Below, in pieces: positions 19,831 through 29,924 of a stretch of 64,000 nucleotides of DNA (the stretch's first letter is position 1; the number at the start of each line of letters is the position of its first letter). The translations under genes and the position numbers were made by a program. The notes beneath the pieces were generated by a model, which saw only the letters and a list, made by a program, of their open reading frames with translations, had not been told where the DNA came from and made no database searches. Source of the stretch: Candidatus Bathyarchaeia archaeon. Lineage in GTDB: Archaea; Thermoproteota; Bathyarchaeia; 40CM-2-53-6. The stretch covers positions 1-64,000 of the forward strand of contig JBEKSC010000005.1 in the NCBI GenBank assembly GCA_049517415.1, given 5' to 3'.

Positions 19831-20640
19831 CTAGGCGGGAATCCAGTATGTCGTGATTCTCGTTCTGAGAACTATCGCAAGGATGAGTAGTGAGAACAGA
19901 GTGATCGTTGAGACATAGTCTCTTGGCTTGAAGGAGACGGTTCGGTACCACGTGCGGTTCTTTTCGGCTCCGAAGGCCCGAAGCTCCATGGCGTCGGCCA
20001 CATCGTAAATGGAGAGCATTGCGTTGATTGCAACCGGGACGAGCAGCGGAACTGTATTGAGGATACGTGCGAATAGCCCGCCTCTGGTTTTCACCTTGAA
20101 GCCTCGTGCCATCTGAGCGTTCATCGTAGTTTCCAATTCATCAACGTAAACTGGCAAGTATCGTAAGGCAAGGTCGACGACGAATGCACCTTTGTAGGGC
20201 ATTCTGAGTTTCGACAGAGCTGGGGCGTAAAGGCCTGGGTCAGTCGTCATGATCACGCAAAGCGAAATTATGGCCAAGGAGAGGAAACGCATGATTGACG
20301 CTAGGGCGAAGAAAATTCCTTCAACTGTGAACTTGAAGACCCAGAATGCCGCGATGATGTGGGGGTGTGGGACGGAGGCTCCGAGGAACGTGAAGAAGGC
20401 GTTTATCGAAGAAATGATGACTATGATCGTAAGTAGGGTCTGCCATGTTCCTTTCACTTCTTTGAAAGGTATTCTTGCTGATAGGTAGAGAAGTATGGAG
20501 GCGGTGAAGGGGAACAGCAAGATTCTGATGTCGAGGAAGGCGACTTCTGAGAAGATGAATAGAATAAGAAGTAGGAACTTTGTTCTCGGGTCCATCCTGT
20601 GCAGGAAGGTTGTCCCGGGAAAGTACTTGATCCGAATCAT
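19831..20640 (-). CDS. ecfT: ECF transporter transmembrane T component
   Basis: HRMDPRTK, AQMARG and AMELRAF motifs. Confidence 0.92.
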   Translation of the reverse strand: MIRIKYFPGTTFLHRMDPRTKFLLLILFIFSEVAFLDIRILLFPFTASILLYLSARIPFKEVKGTWQTLLTIIVIISSINAFFTFLGASVPHPHIIAAFWVFKFTVEGIFFALASIMRFLSLAIISLCVIMTTDPGLYAPALSKLRMPYKGAFVVDLALRYLPVYVDELETTMNAQMARGFKVKTRGGLFARILNTVPLLVPVAINAMLSIYDVADAMELRAFGAEKNRTWYRTVSFKPRDYVSTITLFSLLILAIVLRTRITTYWIPA

Positions 20641-20650
20641 TTAGTTTCTG

Positions 20651-21220
20651 CTAGACCCGTCGTGCGCGCCCAGCTGAAGCTGTTGCGTAGGCGTACAGAA
20701 GAATCGGCGTCAGAATAGCTCCGTTCACTGCGTCGGTTGCTCCTGCAGAATAGAATTCAGCAAGCGCGGCGTCCATCGTGCTAAGGCCGATTTGCAAGGC
20801 GAAATCTGTCATCGCTGCAAATCCCATCCCGACTATTGCCCCGATTATTGCGAGTACAGACGCGGTGACTAGAGTTCGCGCCTTGGTCCAGTTGGTGCGT
20901 TTGACTATGAAGTACCCGATTCCAGGGATAGCGCCTAGTAGGCCGTTTCCGATGTCCCAGTTCCAGAAGAATCCGCCGAATGAGACTGCGTCGGACAGTA
21001 TGTTGCCAAGAAAGCCTGAAACGAACCCTGCTAACGGTCCGAAGACGAAGCCGAAGAGCATCGGGATCGCGACTGTCGGCCTAACGGCCACCAAGCCCAC
21101 GCCCGGAATTTGCAGTGTATTGAAGGGAATCGTTAGTGCTGCGTAGAGCGCTGTGCCAACTGCCATTGCGACGATTTGTTTGGCTGAGAACATCGATTCT
21201 TTCATTTCTTTCATACCCAA
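20651..21220 (-). CDS. ECF transporter substrate-binding S component
   Basis: FGPLAGFVSGFLGNILSD motif, about six TM helices. Confidence 0.88.
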   Translation of the reverse strand: MGMKEMKESMFSAKQIVAMAVGTALYAALTIPFNTLQIPGVGLVAVRPTVAIPMLFGFVFGPLAGFVSGFLGNILSDAVSFGGFFWNWDIGNGLLGAIPGIGYFIVKRTNWTKARTLVTASVLAIIGAIVGMGFAAMTDFALQIGLSTMDAALAEFYSAGATDAVNGAILTPILLYAYATASAGRARRV

Positions 21221-21263
21221 TTTTCTTCACTGGCAACGATTCCGTGTTTTATCTATTTAAGAG

Positions 21264-22886
21264 CTAGCTCTTGCGAGCGGCCCGTGCGAGTTCGGTCAGA
21301 GTCAACACCGATTTGCCGCCCGTGATTTTGCGGGAGATTTCGATTAGGGAAGTTTCTCGAATAGCCCCTGCCGCGAGGATGGAAGGGTCAGCTAGAATAT
21401 TGTGAGTTGGGCCGTCTGCTATGACGCAGCCAGCGTTTAGGACAATCGAACGGTCCGTATACTCAATCGCTAGGTCCGGGTCGTGAGTGATTACCACGAA
21501 GGACTTTACTCGTTCGCTTAGTGAACAGATGAAGTTCATGAAATTGGAGTAGCTCTTGAAATCTTGACCTGCGGTCGGTTCGTCTAATATTATGCACTTC
21601 GGTTCCATGGTTAGTACAGAACCCACGCAGATTCGCTTCTTTTCCCCAAAACTTGAGGCGAATGGAGAGTTTTCAAGCAAATGGCTTATCGAGCATTGTT
21701 TTGCAGTTTCAGGGACGATCTTTGAAATTGCATCGGGTGGAACGCCTATGTTCTTTGGGCCAAAGCTGAGTTCGTCGCGGACTGTTTTTGCGAAGAGCAT
21801 CGAGAAGGGGCTTTGAAAGACGAGGCATATTGCACGTGCGATCTCGGCAGTCGTTTGGTTGCGTGTATCTTGACCCGTTACTAGAACTCGGCCTGATGTT
21901 GGTTTCAGTAACCCAACAAGGCTTAGGGCAAGTGTCGATTTTCCCGCGCCGTTGTTACCAAGAAGTGCTATTCTTTCGCCCTCGCGAATGGTTAGGTTTA
22001 GGCCCTTAAGCGCCATTATTCCTCCGGGATATTCGAAGTTGAGGTTCTCAACTCGAATCAGCTCCTGGCCTAACTGTTCATTCTGTGGAGGAGTGGTTTC
22101 CGTGGTGGGGGCTGCGAGTTCATACTCGCTCGTGAGAATCCTACGCAGAACATACTCGGCAGGAATCTTGATGACGTCGCCGAATTCGATTAGGACCTCG
22201 GGGTCTTTCTCGTCGGCCATAACGCGGCCTTTGTTGATTACTACAATCCGAGTTGGGTTGGCGCGTAGGACTTCCTCTGTTCGATGTTCAGCTACGATTA
22301 TGGTTTTGCCCGAGTTGTGAAACTCGCGGAAAATGCCTTGCATGAGCTTAACGCCATTCGAGTCGAGGTTGGCCAATGGTTCGTCGAACAACAAGATGTC
22401 CGGCTCCATTGCCAGAACATCAGCGATAGCTAGCCTTTGCTTTTGGCCGCCCGAGATTTCAAAGATAGACCTTCTCTGTAGCTGAGTAATGTCCATGGAT
22501 TCGAGGCTGTGCCCAACGCGGCGCTCAATCTCATCCCTTGGTAGCGCCAAATTTCCGGGCCCAAAAGCTACGTCATCTTCGACTATTGATGATACGAGTT
22601 GCTTGTCGGCCTCTTGCAATACCGTACCCACGGTCAAGGAAAGTTTGAGGAAGGGAGATTTCGGTACAGGCTGGTTTCTTACTTTCACTTCGCCCGAGTA
22701 TTGGCCGAGGTACCGGTGGGGAATCAGCCCATTGATGCATTTTAGCAGGGTGGATTTCCCGGAGCCACTGGCGCCTGCAAGGAGAACAAAGTCGTGATTA
22801 TCAATTGCGATGTCGACTTTGTCTAGGGCTGGGTCAGTACGATTCTCGTAGGTGAATGACAGGTTATTGATTTCGACCTCGTGCAA
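21264..22886 (-). CDS. ECF transporter fused double ATPase (EcfA-A')
   Basis: Two Walker A motifs (GASGSGKS, GNNGAGKS), SGGQKQR, DEP twice. Confidence 0.93.
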   Translation of the reverse strand: MHEVEINNLSFTYENRTDPALDKVDIAIDNHDFVLLAGASGSGKSTLLKCINGLIPHRYLGQYSGEVKVRNQPVPKSPFLKLSLTVGTVLQEADKQLVSSIVEDDVAFGPGNLALPRDEIERRVGHSLESMDITQLQRRSIFEISGGQKQRLAIADVLAMEPDILLFDEPLANLDSNGVKLMQGIFREFHNSGKTIIVAEHRTEEVLRANPTRIVVINKGRVMADEKDPEVLIEFGDVIKIPAEYVLRRILTSEYELAAPTTETTPPQNEQLGQELIRVENLNFEYPGGIMALKGLNLTIREGERIALLGNNGAGKSTLALSLVGLLKPTSGRVLVTGQDTRNQTTAEIARAICLVFQSPFSMLFAKTVRDELSFGPKNIGVPPDAISKIVPETAKQCSISHLLENSPFASSFGEKKRICVGSVLTMEPKCIILDEPTAGQDFKSYSNFMNFICSLSERVKSFVVITHDPDLAIEYTDRSIVLNAGCVIADGPTHNILADPSILAAGAIRETSLIEISRKITGGKSVLTLTELARAARKS

Positions 22887-22967
22887 CTGTCTTCAGACCC
22901 AGATGCTTACTTAACCCACCTATTTCATTACCCTTTTAACCAGACTCGGATAGGAGGGCAAATTGCA

Positions 22968-23942
22968 ATGTCAACGAGTATTATGTTAAGCGGCAACGGA
23001 GAACTTTCCTCCTTGCGGATACCCGAGATTAGTAAAGAAGCTGAAGCGAAGGGCTTCGGCGGGATATGGTTTGGTGAGACGACATTGCGCGATGCTTCAG
23101 TGCTCGCGACGATTGCGGCATGTTCAACCAAAAAAGTCCCGCTTGGGACATCTATTGTGAACGTTTTTACTAGGTCGGCGAGTCAGTTGGCTCTCTTCGG
23201 GGCCACTCTAAATGAGTTCAGCGGAGGAAGGTTCACACTCGGTCTTGGTGTGAGCACAGCGGCAATCGTGGAGAGCTGGCACGGCCAACGCTTCAGGAAC
23301 CCAATGCGGAGGCTGGAGGAAACCGTAAAGCTAGTTGACCAATATTTCTCCGGGGAAAAATTCAGTCACCAGGGCCCATATTATTCACCCGTTAACGCGA
23401 GATTGAGAACTAGGCCACCGCCCAAGGTCGCCCTGGCAGCCTTGAATGACCAGATGATCAAGAAGGCGGCCAAGCTCGCAGACAGGGTGATTTTGAATCT
23501 ATACCCAACAGACCGAATCAAACACGCGCTTTCACTCATGAATGAAGGATGCCGAGAGGTCGGGGGAAAAGAGCGTCCGACATTGTCAGTGATGCTCTAC
23601 TCCTACGTTCTGGGGGACGATAGCAAAGGCTTGGACGCTGCTAAGGATTTGATCAGTTTCTATGCTAGCGCACCGCCCTACTCTGCGCTCTTCTCAAGCC
23701 TAGGGTTCGCGACCGAGGCAAATGCAATGATGGCTGCTTGGAAAGCGAAAGATCGAGACGCTGTCAAACGAAGCGTGAGCCGTCAGATGATTGACAAACT
23801 AGCGGTTCTTGGCACCGTCCGTGAACTAAGAGAAAGGGTGAAGGAATATCACGAGAATGGTGTGGATGATGTTTTCATTTCGCCGTCGCCCTTCGGAGAC
23901 TATGAAGCCAACGTAAATGAGATCCTTCACCACTACTTTTAG
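22968..23942 (+). CDS. LLM-class flavin/F420-dependent oxidoreductase
   Basis: AEAKGFGGIWFGE, LGTSIVN, GRFTLGLG. Confidence 0.88.
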   Translation: MSTSIMLSGNGELSSLRIPEISKEAEAKGFGGIWFGETTLRDASVLATIAACSTKKVPLGTSIVNVFTRSASQLALFGATLNEFSGGRFTLGLGVSTAAIVESWHGQRFRNPMRRLEETVKLVDQYFSGEKFSHQGPYYSPVNARLRTRPPPKVALAALNDQMIKKAAKLADRVILNLYPTDRIKHALSLMNEGCREVGGKERPTLSVMLYSYVLGDDSKGLDAAKDLISFYASAPPYSALFSSLGFATEANAMMAAWKAKDRDAVKRSVSRQMIDKLAVLGTVRELRERVKEYHENGVDDVFISPSPFGDYEANVNEILHHYF

Positions 23943-23963
23943 CATGTTCTTGTCCCGCTTGAT

Positions 23964-24191
23964 GTGCACCCGGTGCTACCGAGCATTTTCTTGAAACTTG
24001 TGGGCGTCTCACTATTGATTTTCGGCGTATACGACGCCAAAGTCTACTGGTATGCATTAACCAAAGGAGAAGGGGCCTTCGACTTCTTCGGGAGGGAGTT
24101 GCCAGCAAGGCATAGGGGCGTCAAGATAGGGTTCACCTCAGTCCTCGTATTCTATTTTGCAGTGGGAACCGTCATGTTGATCTTTGGTTAG
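23964..24191 (+). CDS. Small two-TM membrane protein
   Basis: Two hydrophobic segments. Confidence 0.55.
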   Translation: MHPVLPSIFLKLVGVSLLIFGVYDAKVYWYALTKGEGAFDFFGRELPARHRGVKIGFTSVLVFYFAVGTVMLIFG

Positions 24192-24271
24192 CCTACGCTC
24201 AGCGAATATCCGGCGGTCTCTGTGTGTAATCTCGGATGGCTCCAGCAACGGCATCTCCCTGGAGGGACGAG

Positions 24272-25198
24272 TTAGTGTTTATGCGTGGCGAGGGCTGTTC
24301 CTGCGAGCAGAAAACATGCCCCCAACGCTGTGAAGGCGGAGAAGTTCTCGCCGAGCAATAGTATTCCGCCTGCTAGACTTACTAAGGGAACCAAGTAGAG
24401 TTGAACTGAAAGTCTGGAGACAGCACGATCGCTGATGAGCGTGTAGAGTATCATGTTGGCAACCACTGTGCTCAGAACCGCGAGATAGAGCACAGAGAGC
24501 CATCCCCAGACTGAGAGAGTGGAAACCTGATCGAGGAAGTTCCACGAGAGCAAGGGCAAAGTGAAAACCGTACCGATTGCTGCAACCCATATTGCTATGG
24601 GCAAAGCACCATACTCCTTCACAAGCGGCTTGGAACCCACCGAGTATATGCTGTACATGAATGCCGCTAATACGACCGCAGACGGGCCCGTAATCTGTAG
24701 AAAGCTTAGATCCGTATTAATCGAGAGTATCACCGCGCCAGCTACTGCTAACGCGAGCATCAACCTGTTTCCAATCTTTTCCTTCAAGAAGACCGCGGAA
24801 AGCAATACGATGAAGATGGGGCCAAAGGAAATTAGAAGTCCTGCAAGACCGGATGACACAATGGTCTCAGCGTAGTTCAGGGAAAGATGGTATCCGACCA
24901 CACTCGCAAATGAAACTAAAAGTATCCTCGGGATGTGCCGTCTCTTGATTGGGTTCTTAGGCCTACCAAAGACCGGAGCCAAGACCAAGAAGCCCCCAGA
25001 CGCGATCAGCCATCTGAGTATGGTCAAGTTGGCCGGACTTAACTCGAACTCCGCTCTTTTGATTGCAACAAAAGCCAAACCCCAGATTATGCTGAGAGCT
25101 ATTACAAGGTTGTAATTGAAAATTCGTGCTCCGGCATTGGCTGTGGTTGGATTCTGCAGTGTCCCCTTCGTAGGGAATTTCGTTTTCATGAGAGCCAC
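24272..25198 (-). CDS. EamA/DMT family transporter
   Basis: IWG.AF..IK, PIF..LLS..FLKE and LLGE; duplicated EamA halves; start uncertain. Confidence 0.9.
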   Translation of the reverse strand: MALMKTKFPTKGTLQNPTTANAGARIFNYNLVIALSIIWGLAFVAIKRAEFELSPANLTILRWLIASGGFLVLAPVFGRPKNPIKRRHIPRILLVSFASVVGYHLSLNYAETIVSSGLAGLLISFGPIFIVLLSAVFLKEKIGNRLMLALAVAGAVILSINTDLSFLQITGPSAVVLAAFMYSIYSVGSKPLVKEYGALPIAIWVAAIGTVFTLPLLSWNFLDQVSTLSVWGWLSVLYLAVLSTVVANMILYTLISDRAVSRLSVQLYLVPLVSLAGGILLLGENFSAFTALGACFLLAGTALATHKH

Positions 25199-25209
25199 AA
25201 ATGCCTGCG

Positions 25210-26340
25210 TTAGACAACTTTGACAGTTTCACGGTGAGCCGTCTGTTCGAGGGCAAGTAGAGCGTGTTTTCTCTTCTTGCCCCAGCGATATCCATGCAGC
25301 CCACCATCTTCACCAATGACTCGGTGGCATGGGATCAAAATCGATACTGGATTCGTAGCACAAGCCCTGGCCACGGCACGGGCTGAGTCTGGCTCGTTTA
25401 GGGCGTTTGCAATCTTGCTGTAGGTGGTCGTGTTGCCATATGGGACAGATTGAATTTCCCTCCAGACCTTCCATTGAAATGCGGTGGCCCGAACGTCCAC
25501 AGGCAAGTTGAGATCGAATTCTTCACCACTGAAATATTTCGTAAGCGTACAAACCCAACTCCCCAATGCCTCATCGTTTCGGTGGATATCTGCTGAAGGG
25601 TAGTCGTTGGTGAGCGCCGCCTCGACCACTTCATCCGAATCGCCCATGCAAACAGCACATATCCCACGCTCCGTGGCCCCCACGAGTAAACGACCTAGAG
25701 GGCAGTCCACGATTGCGTATTCAATTCTTAGTCCAAGCCCGCCCCGGCGAAGCGTTCCCGGATTCACGCCAAATTGATTGGAGGGCTTTTCATAGATTCG
25801 GCTCCTGGAGCTGAAGCCAGCTCCGTAAAGCGCCTTCGCGACCGTTTGCCCATCCCTTAGCGAACGCTTCATCTTTGATAATCGACGAGCTTTAACATAC
25901 TCGCGTGGGGAAATACCGACGACCTGCTTGAAGGTTCTTTGAAGATGATATGGGCTAATTCCCGCTTGAGCGCTAAGGTTTGAAAGACTGAGTTTTCTGT
26001 CTAGGTTGGATTCTATATATTTGCAGACGCGCGCAATCAATTCCGTTTTCGGGGAGGGTCCAACATCCCGAGGTCGACAACGTAGGCATGGTCGAAAACC
26101 AGAAAGTTCAGCCATATCGGGCCCAGCAAAGAAGACCGCTTGCTCCCTGCGGGGGCGCCTAGCAGCACACGATGGCTTACAATAGATTCCCGTTGACCGC
26201 ACGGCAAATACGAACGCCCCATCAAACTTCCCATTTCTAGCTAACACCGCGTTCCATTTCTCATCCTCTGTCTGCAGATTCTCCGTAGACTCTCCCCTCC
26301 TTCTTTGCAACTCGGTGCTGCTAGGTTCCATGGTAAACAT
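25210..26340 (-). CDS. ada: Bifunctional Ada: Zn methylphosphotriester-repair domain, AraC HTH and O6-methylguanine-DNA methyltransferase
   Basis: GIYCKPSCAARRP and GFRPCLRC; AraC-type SPYHLQRTFK...AGFSS; C-terminal PCHRV. Confidence 0.95.
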   Translation of the reverse strand: MFTMEPSSTELQRRRGESTENLQTEDEKWNAVLARNGKFDGAFVFAVRSTGIYCKPSCAARRPRREQAVFFAGPDMAELSGFRPCLRCRPRDVGPSPKTELIARVCKYIESNLDRKLSLSNLSAQAGISPYHLQRTFKQVVGISPREYVKARRLSKMKRSLRDGQTVAKALYGAGFSSRSRIYEKPSNQFGVNPGTLRRGGLGLRIEYAIVDCPLGRLLVGATERGICAVCMGDSDEVVEAALTNDYPSADIHRNDEALGSWVCTLTKYFSGEEFDLNLPVDVRATAFQWKVWREIQSVPYGNTTTYSKIANALNEPDSARAVARACATNPVSILIPCHRVIGEDGGLHGYRWGKKRKHALLALEQTAHRETVKVV

Positions 26341-26381
26341 GTCGGAATGTTGTTCGCAACAAAATAAGTAGTTTGACTCCG

Positions 26382-26398
26382 AATCTTGCTATCAAATT
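26382..26398 (-). promoter_or_regulatory. Putative Ada box (AAT-N6-GCAA) upstream of ada
   Basis: Minus strand reads AAT-TTGATA-GCAAGATT, 42-58 nt upstream of the ada ATG; same layout as E. coli Pada AAT-TAAAGC-GCAAGATT. Confidence 0.7.
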
Positions 26399-26505
26399 CA
26401 GAATTAACCGTCTGCAGAGTTTGAGCTTGAAATTCAGAGTCGTCCTTCATATACACGTTTCTTGATTTCGGTAGTTTTGCGTTGAATTCTTTCGTAGCTT
26501 AGTTG

Positions 26506-27978
26506 CTAGTTTCCTTCTTCGACTTGCCAGGCTATGTCAATATGCTTTGCTCGGTAGATTCGCCATTTGATGTGGCGCACAACATTAGCTAAGAACACTT
26601 CTCCTTGATGGTAGGTTCTCTCCAGAATCGCGTCTCTAGACAGGAAGGCCTCTTTCAGTTCATGTTGCTCTTTCTTTGGCGCAAAGAACACATACACAGG
26701 GACACCGACAGCGAGCAGTACAGCCGAGACCAAGATTTGTTGTGGACTGACTTGGGTCATCAAGAAGAGGGAAAAGATCGCACCCAACCCTGGCACTAGT
26801 GCTCTTTCCCAGACCCCGACTGGTTTCTTTGCGTACTTTCTCTCCAAGAGGACCGCTGAGACACAGGTTGCGAGGTAGGCGAAGGAGAGCAGGAATACCG
26901 AGCTGTTGATCAAGGCTGACAGGCTGTCTGTGATGCTCGCAACAAAGGCCGTTGAGCAGAGGACGATTATGCCGATGTATGGTGTATGAGACGACTTCTG
27001 CAATTTGCTGAAGACTTTCGGTAGCATGCCGTCGATCGACATGGCTAGGGCCAACCTGGATGTGCCAATAGTTCCAGACTCATCAGCACCCAAAATCGAG
27101 ACCAGCGCACCTACAGCGAGAATCAAGCCTCCCATAATCGAAAGAGTGGGTGAAAAACTGAGTACGTTAGAGGCGGCAACAGTCAAAGGTGCGGTCGAAG
27201 ACACCAAGGTCCGCTGATCTACAACCCCTATCACAACAAAATTCGTTATGATGTAGAAGGCCCCCACGATCAGCATTCCGAAAAGCAGGGCTTTTGGCAA
27301 CGTCTTCTTTGGATGTTCAATTTCATCAGCTGGCAAGCTGGAGAGTTCAAAACCAGCGTAGGCCCAAAAGATCAGCACTAAGGCTTGCCCTATGTTCGAT
27401 ACGCCCCCGACAAAGAACGGTTGGAAATGAGAGGATGCTAGATGGGGTTGAAATGCGATGAATACAAAACCTAGGCATATGAGCAGGAATAGAGGACCTA
27501 ACTTGAGTACGGTCAAGAGGTCGTTGATCTTTCCCGCCGTTTTGACCCCGTAAATGTTCGTCAGTATGATGGCGACGATGAATACGGCTTTGAGTAGTAG
27601 CTGAGATGGTTGGTTCAGGTTTGGTACTAACGCGACGAAGTATTGTGTGAAGGCGACGGGAAATACGGCGAGGGAAAACCATTCCGCTATCAGTAGAGCC
27701 CAACCCACCATGAAACCGGCGTATGGCCCAGCTACGTCTTTCGCATAAGCATAGGAGCCGCCGACCCTGGGCAGAAAGGTGGCACAATAAGCAAAGGATA
27801 GGGCTATGACAATTGCGATTACTGCGCCAGCAAGCCAAATCAAGAGGGAGGCTGGCCCAAGGAGCTTCGCGCTAAGAGCTGGCACCACAAAAATGTCAGC
27901 TCCAATAGCTGATCCGACCACGAGGCTTGTTGTATCAAAGGTGTTCAGCTGTCTTCTGAGAGTAACTTTCCGACTCAA
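26506..27978 (-). CDS. APC-family amino acid permease
   Basis: GSAIGADIF, GGSYAY, WAYAGFE, SRLALAMS.DGMLP; about 12 TM helices. Confidence 0.92.
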   Translation of the reverse strand: MSRKVTLRRQLNTFDTTSLVVGSAIGADIFVVPALSAKLLGPASLLIWLAGAVIAIVIALSFAYCATFLPRVGGSYAYAKDVAGPYAGFMVGWALLIAEWFSLAVFPVAFTQYFVALVPNLNQPSQLLLKAVFIVAIILTNIYGVKTAGKINDLLTVLKLGPLFLLICLGFVFIAFQPHLASSHFQPFFVGGVSNIGQALVLIFWAYAGFELSSLPADEIEHPKKTLPKALLFGMLIVGAFYIITNFVVIGVVDQRTLVSSTAPLTVAASNVLSFSPTLSIMGGLILAVGALVSILGADESGTIGTSRLALAMSIDGMLPKVFSKLQKSSHTPYIGIIVLCSTAFVASITDSLSALINSSVFLLSFAYLATCVSAVLLERKYAKKPVGVWERALVPGLGAIFSLFLMTQVSPQQILVSAVLLAVGVPVYVFFAPKKEQHELKEAFLSRDAILERTYHQGEVFLANVVRHIKWRIYRAKHIDIAWQVEEGN

Positions 27979-28133
27979 ACCAGTCAGCTCGACGAGCCCC
28001 GCTGAGTCATATGGTTTGCGTCTTCAATAATTCCCTTACTTATCACAACAAAATCTCTCACATGCGCAATGCGCATCGCTTGCTTTGGCAAATTGCTCTT
28101 GTTGACGTCGACTTCGCGCAACATCTTTTAGCT

Positions 28134-29501
28134 ATGAATGAAAGTAACCGTTCAGCGGGTAACTTCTTGGAAAAACGTTTGAGTATTGAGGATTTGAAAC
28201 GTTTCTCACTAGCCTTCAACAAGGATCCGAAAAACACACTCGCCTTGAACGCCGTCACAGAGAATGGCGTAGCCGCAGTTGCCCTAAGCAGAAAAGAGGT
28301 GGACAGAGAGAACTTCACCTTTAGTCATCTTATCGAATCTCCAGAAGCCACTAATCAGGAAAGATCAGGAAGATGCTGGTTATTCTCTGGACTCAGCGTA
28401 CTGACTCTTGAAGCCATGAAAAAACTGAACCTAAAGACTTTCGAGCTCTCTGAAATATATCAGATGTTTTGGGACAAACTCGAGAAAGCGAACTACTTCC
28501 TGGAAAACATAATTGAAACACGAGAAGAGCCACTAGATGGCAGACTGGTCAGTTCGCTTCTTTCAGACCCAATATCCGACGGTGGTCAGTGGAACATGTT
28601 CGTGAACATTGTAGAGAAATACGGAGTAATTCCCAAAACGTTCATGCCGGAAACAGCCAACAGCAGCAATTCCGACCCAATGAATACTCTACTTGCATCG
28701 AAATTGAGAGAATATGCCAAGTTACTGCGAGACACGAATAGGAAGGGGGCCTCCATGACTGAACTGAGAGAGAGGAAAAGGGAATTCATGGAGGAATTCT
28801 ATAGGTTGCTTTGCATCAACCTCGGCGTTCCACCGGAAACTTTCTACTGGGAGTGGCGCGATAAGGACGGTGTTTTCCACAGAAAGGGGAACACGGACCC
28901 GGTGCAGTTCTACAAGGAATACATCGGTACGCAACTGAATGATTTCGTGAGCCTCATCAACGCTCCAAACAAGGCGTTCAACAAATTATACACGGTGAAG
29001 TATCTCAGCAACGTGGTAGGGGGCCGGGAGGTTCGCTTCCTAAACGTCGATTTGAAAACGATGAAGACGGCAACGATAGAAATGATCAAACACAATCACG
29101 CAGTATGGTTCGGCTGCGATGTAGGCAAGATGCTTCAAACGGACATGGGCGCGATGGATCTGAACATCTACGATTACGAATCAGTCTATGGCACGAAATT
29201 CCAACTTGACAAAGCGGCTAGGTTGGATTACGAGGATAGCGATATGACCCACGCGATGGTGATTACCGGTGTAGATCTTGATGAATACGACAAACCGATG
29301 AAATGGCGAGTTGAAAATAGTTGGGGAGCGGCCATCGGAGACCAGGGGTACATGTTCATGCTGGATGAATGGTTCGATGAATACCTGTACGAGATCGTTG
29401 TCAGGAAGGAGTACCTGGCTCCAGATCTTCTAAAAATTCTTGACACCGAGCCCGTTGTTTTACCTCTCTGGGACTCCATGTGCTCATTAGGATCTTGCTA
29501 A
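28134..29501 (+). CDS. pepC: Cysteine aminopeptidase C / bleomycin hydrolase (peptidase C1B)
   Basis: NQERSGRCW, DGGQW, THAM and VENSWG catalytic motifs. Confidence 0.95.
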   Translation: MNESNRSAGNFLEKRLSIEDLKRFSLAFNKDPKNTLALNAVTENGVAAVALSRKEVDRENFTFSHLIESPEATNQERSGRCWLFSGLSVLTLEAMKKLNLKTFELSEIYQMFWDKLEKANYFLENIIETREEPLDGRLVSSLLSDPISDGGQWNMFVNIVEKYGVIPKTFMPETANSSNSDPMNTLLASKLREYAKLLRDTNRKGASMTELRERKREFMEEFYRLLCINLGVPPETFYWEWRDKDGVFHRKGNTDPVQFYKEYIGTQLNDFVSLINAPNKAFNKLYTVKYLSNVVGGREVRFLNVDLKTMKTATIEMIKHNHAVWFGCDVGKMLQTDMGAMDLNIYDYESVYGTKFQLDKAARLDYEDSDMTHAMVITGVDLDEYDKPMKWRVENSWGAAIGDQGYMFMLDEWFDEYLYEIVVRKEYLAPDLLKILDTEPVVLPLWDSMCSLGSC

Positions 29502-29572
29502 CTCATCGACGCGATCGTGAGAGTTGTTTGGGTGAAGACAGTCAGCAAGAAGTAATGCCTGCATAAGAATGT

Positions 29573-29704
29573 TGGCGCCGGGGGTGGGATTTGAACCCAC
29601 GAGACTCAGAGAGTCATCGGCTTACGGCACTCGTTTTGCGAGTTTAGCAAGCCGACGCCATACCAGGTTGCCCGACCGGATACCGGTCTCTTGGCTACCC
29701 CGGC
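29573..29704 (-). tRNA. tRNA-Ser(GCT) with two introns: 29668-29689 (15/16) and 29623-29644 (37/38); CCA encoded
   Basis: Spliced sequence GCCGGGGTAGCCAAGCCTGGTATGGCGTCGGCTTGCTAAGCCGATGACTCTCTGAGTCTCGTGGGTTCAAATCCCACCCCCGGCGCCA folds as a class II tRNA; both inserts are hairpins in relaxed BHB context. Confidence 0.92.
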
Positions 29705-29924
29705 AAACCGGCCGTAATGCTCAGTGGCCTACTTCTAGAATAGCATGTCGGAAGTAACGGCCTGCCCCGCTAGGACTCTTGCAGCTCGCCTCTTCGCATC
29801 ACCCAAACTTCAAAGCCTCTACTTCATCGCAAGGATCTCTTTTCACACTCTCTCGACGCTGATGAAGACGTATACTTCATGTCAAGCCGAAGAAGGTTGA
29901 TTCGCTTCTACTAACCTAATTCGG

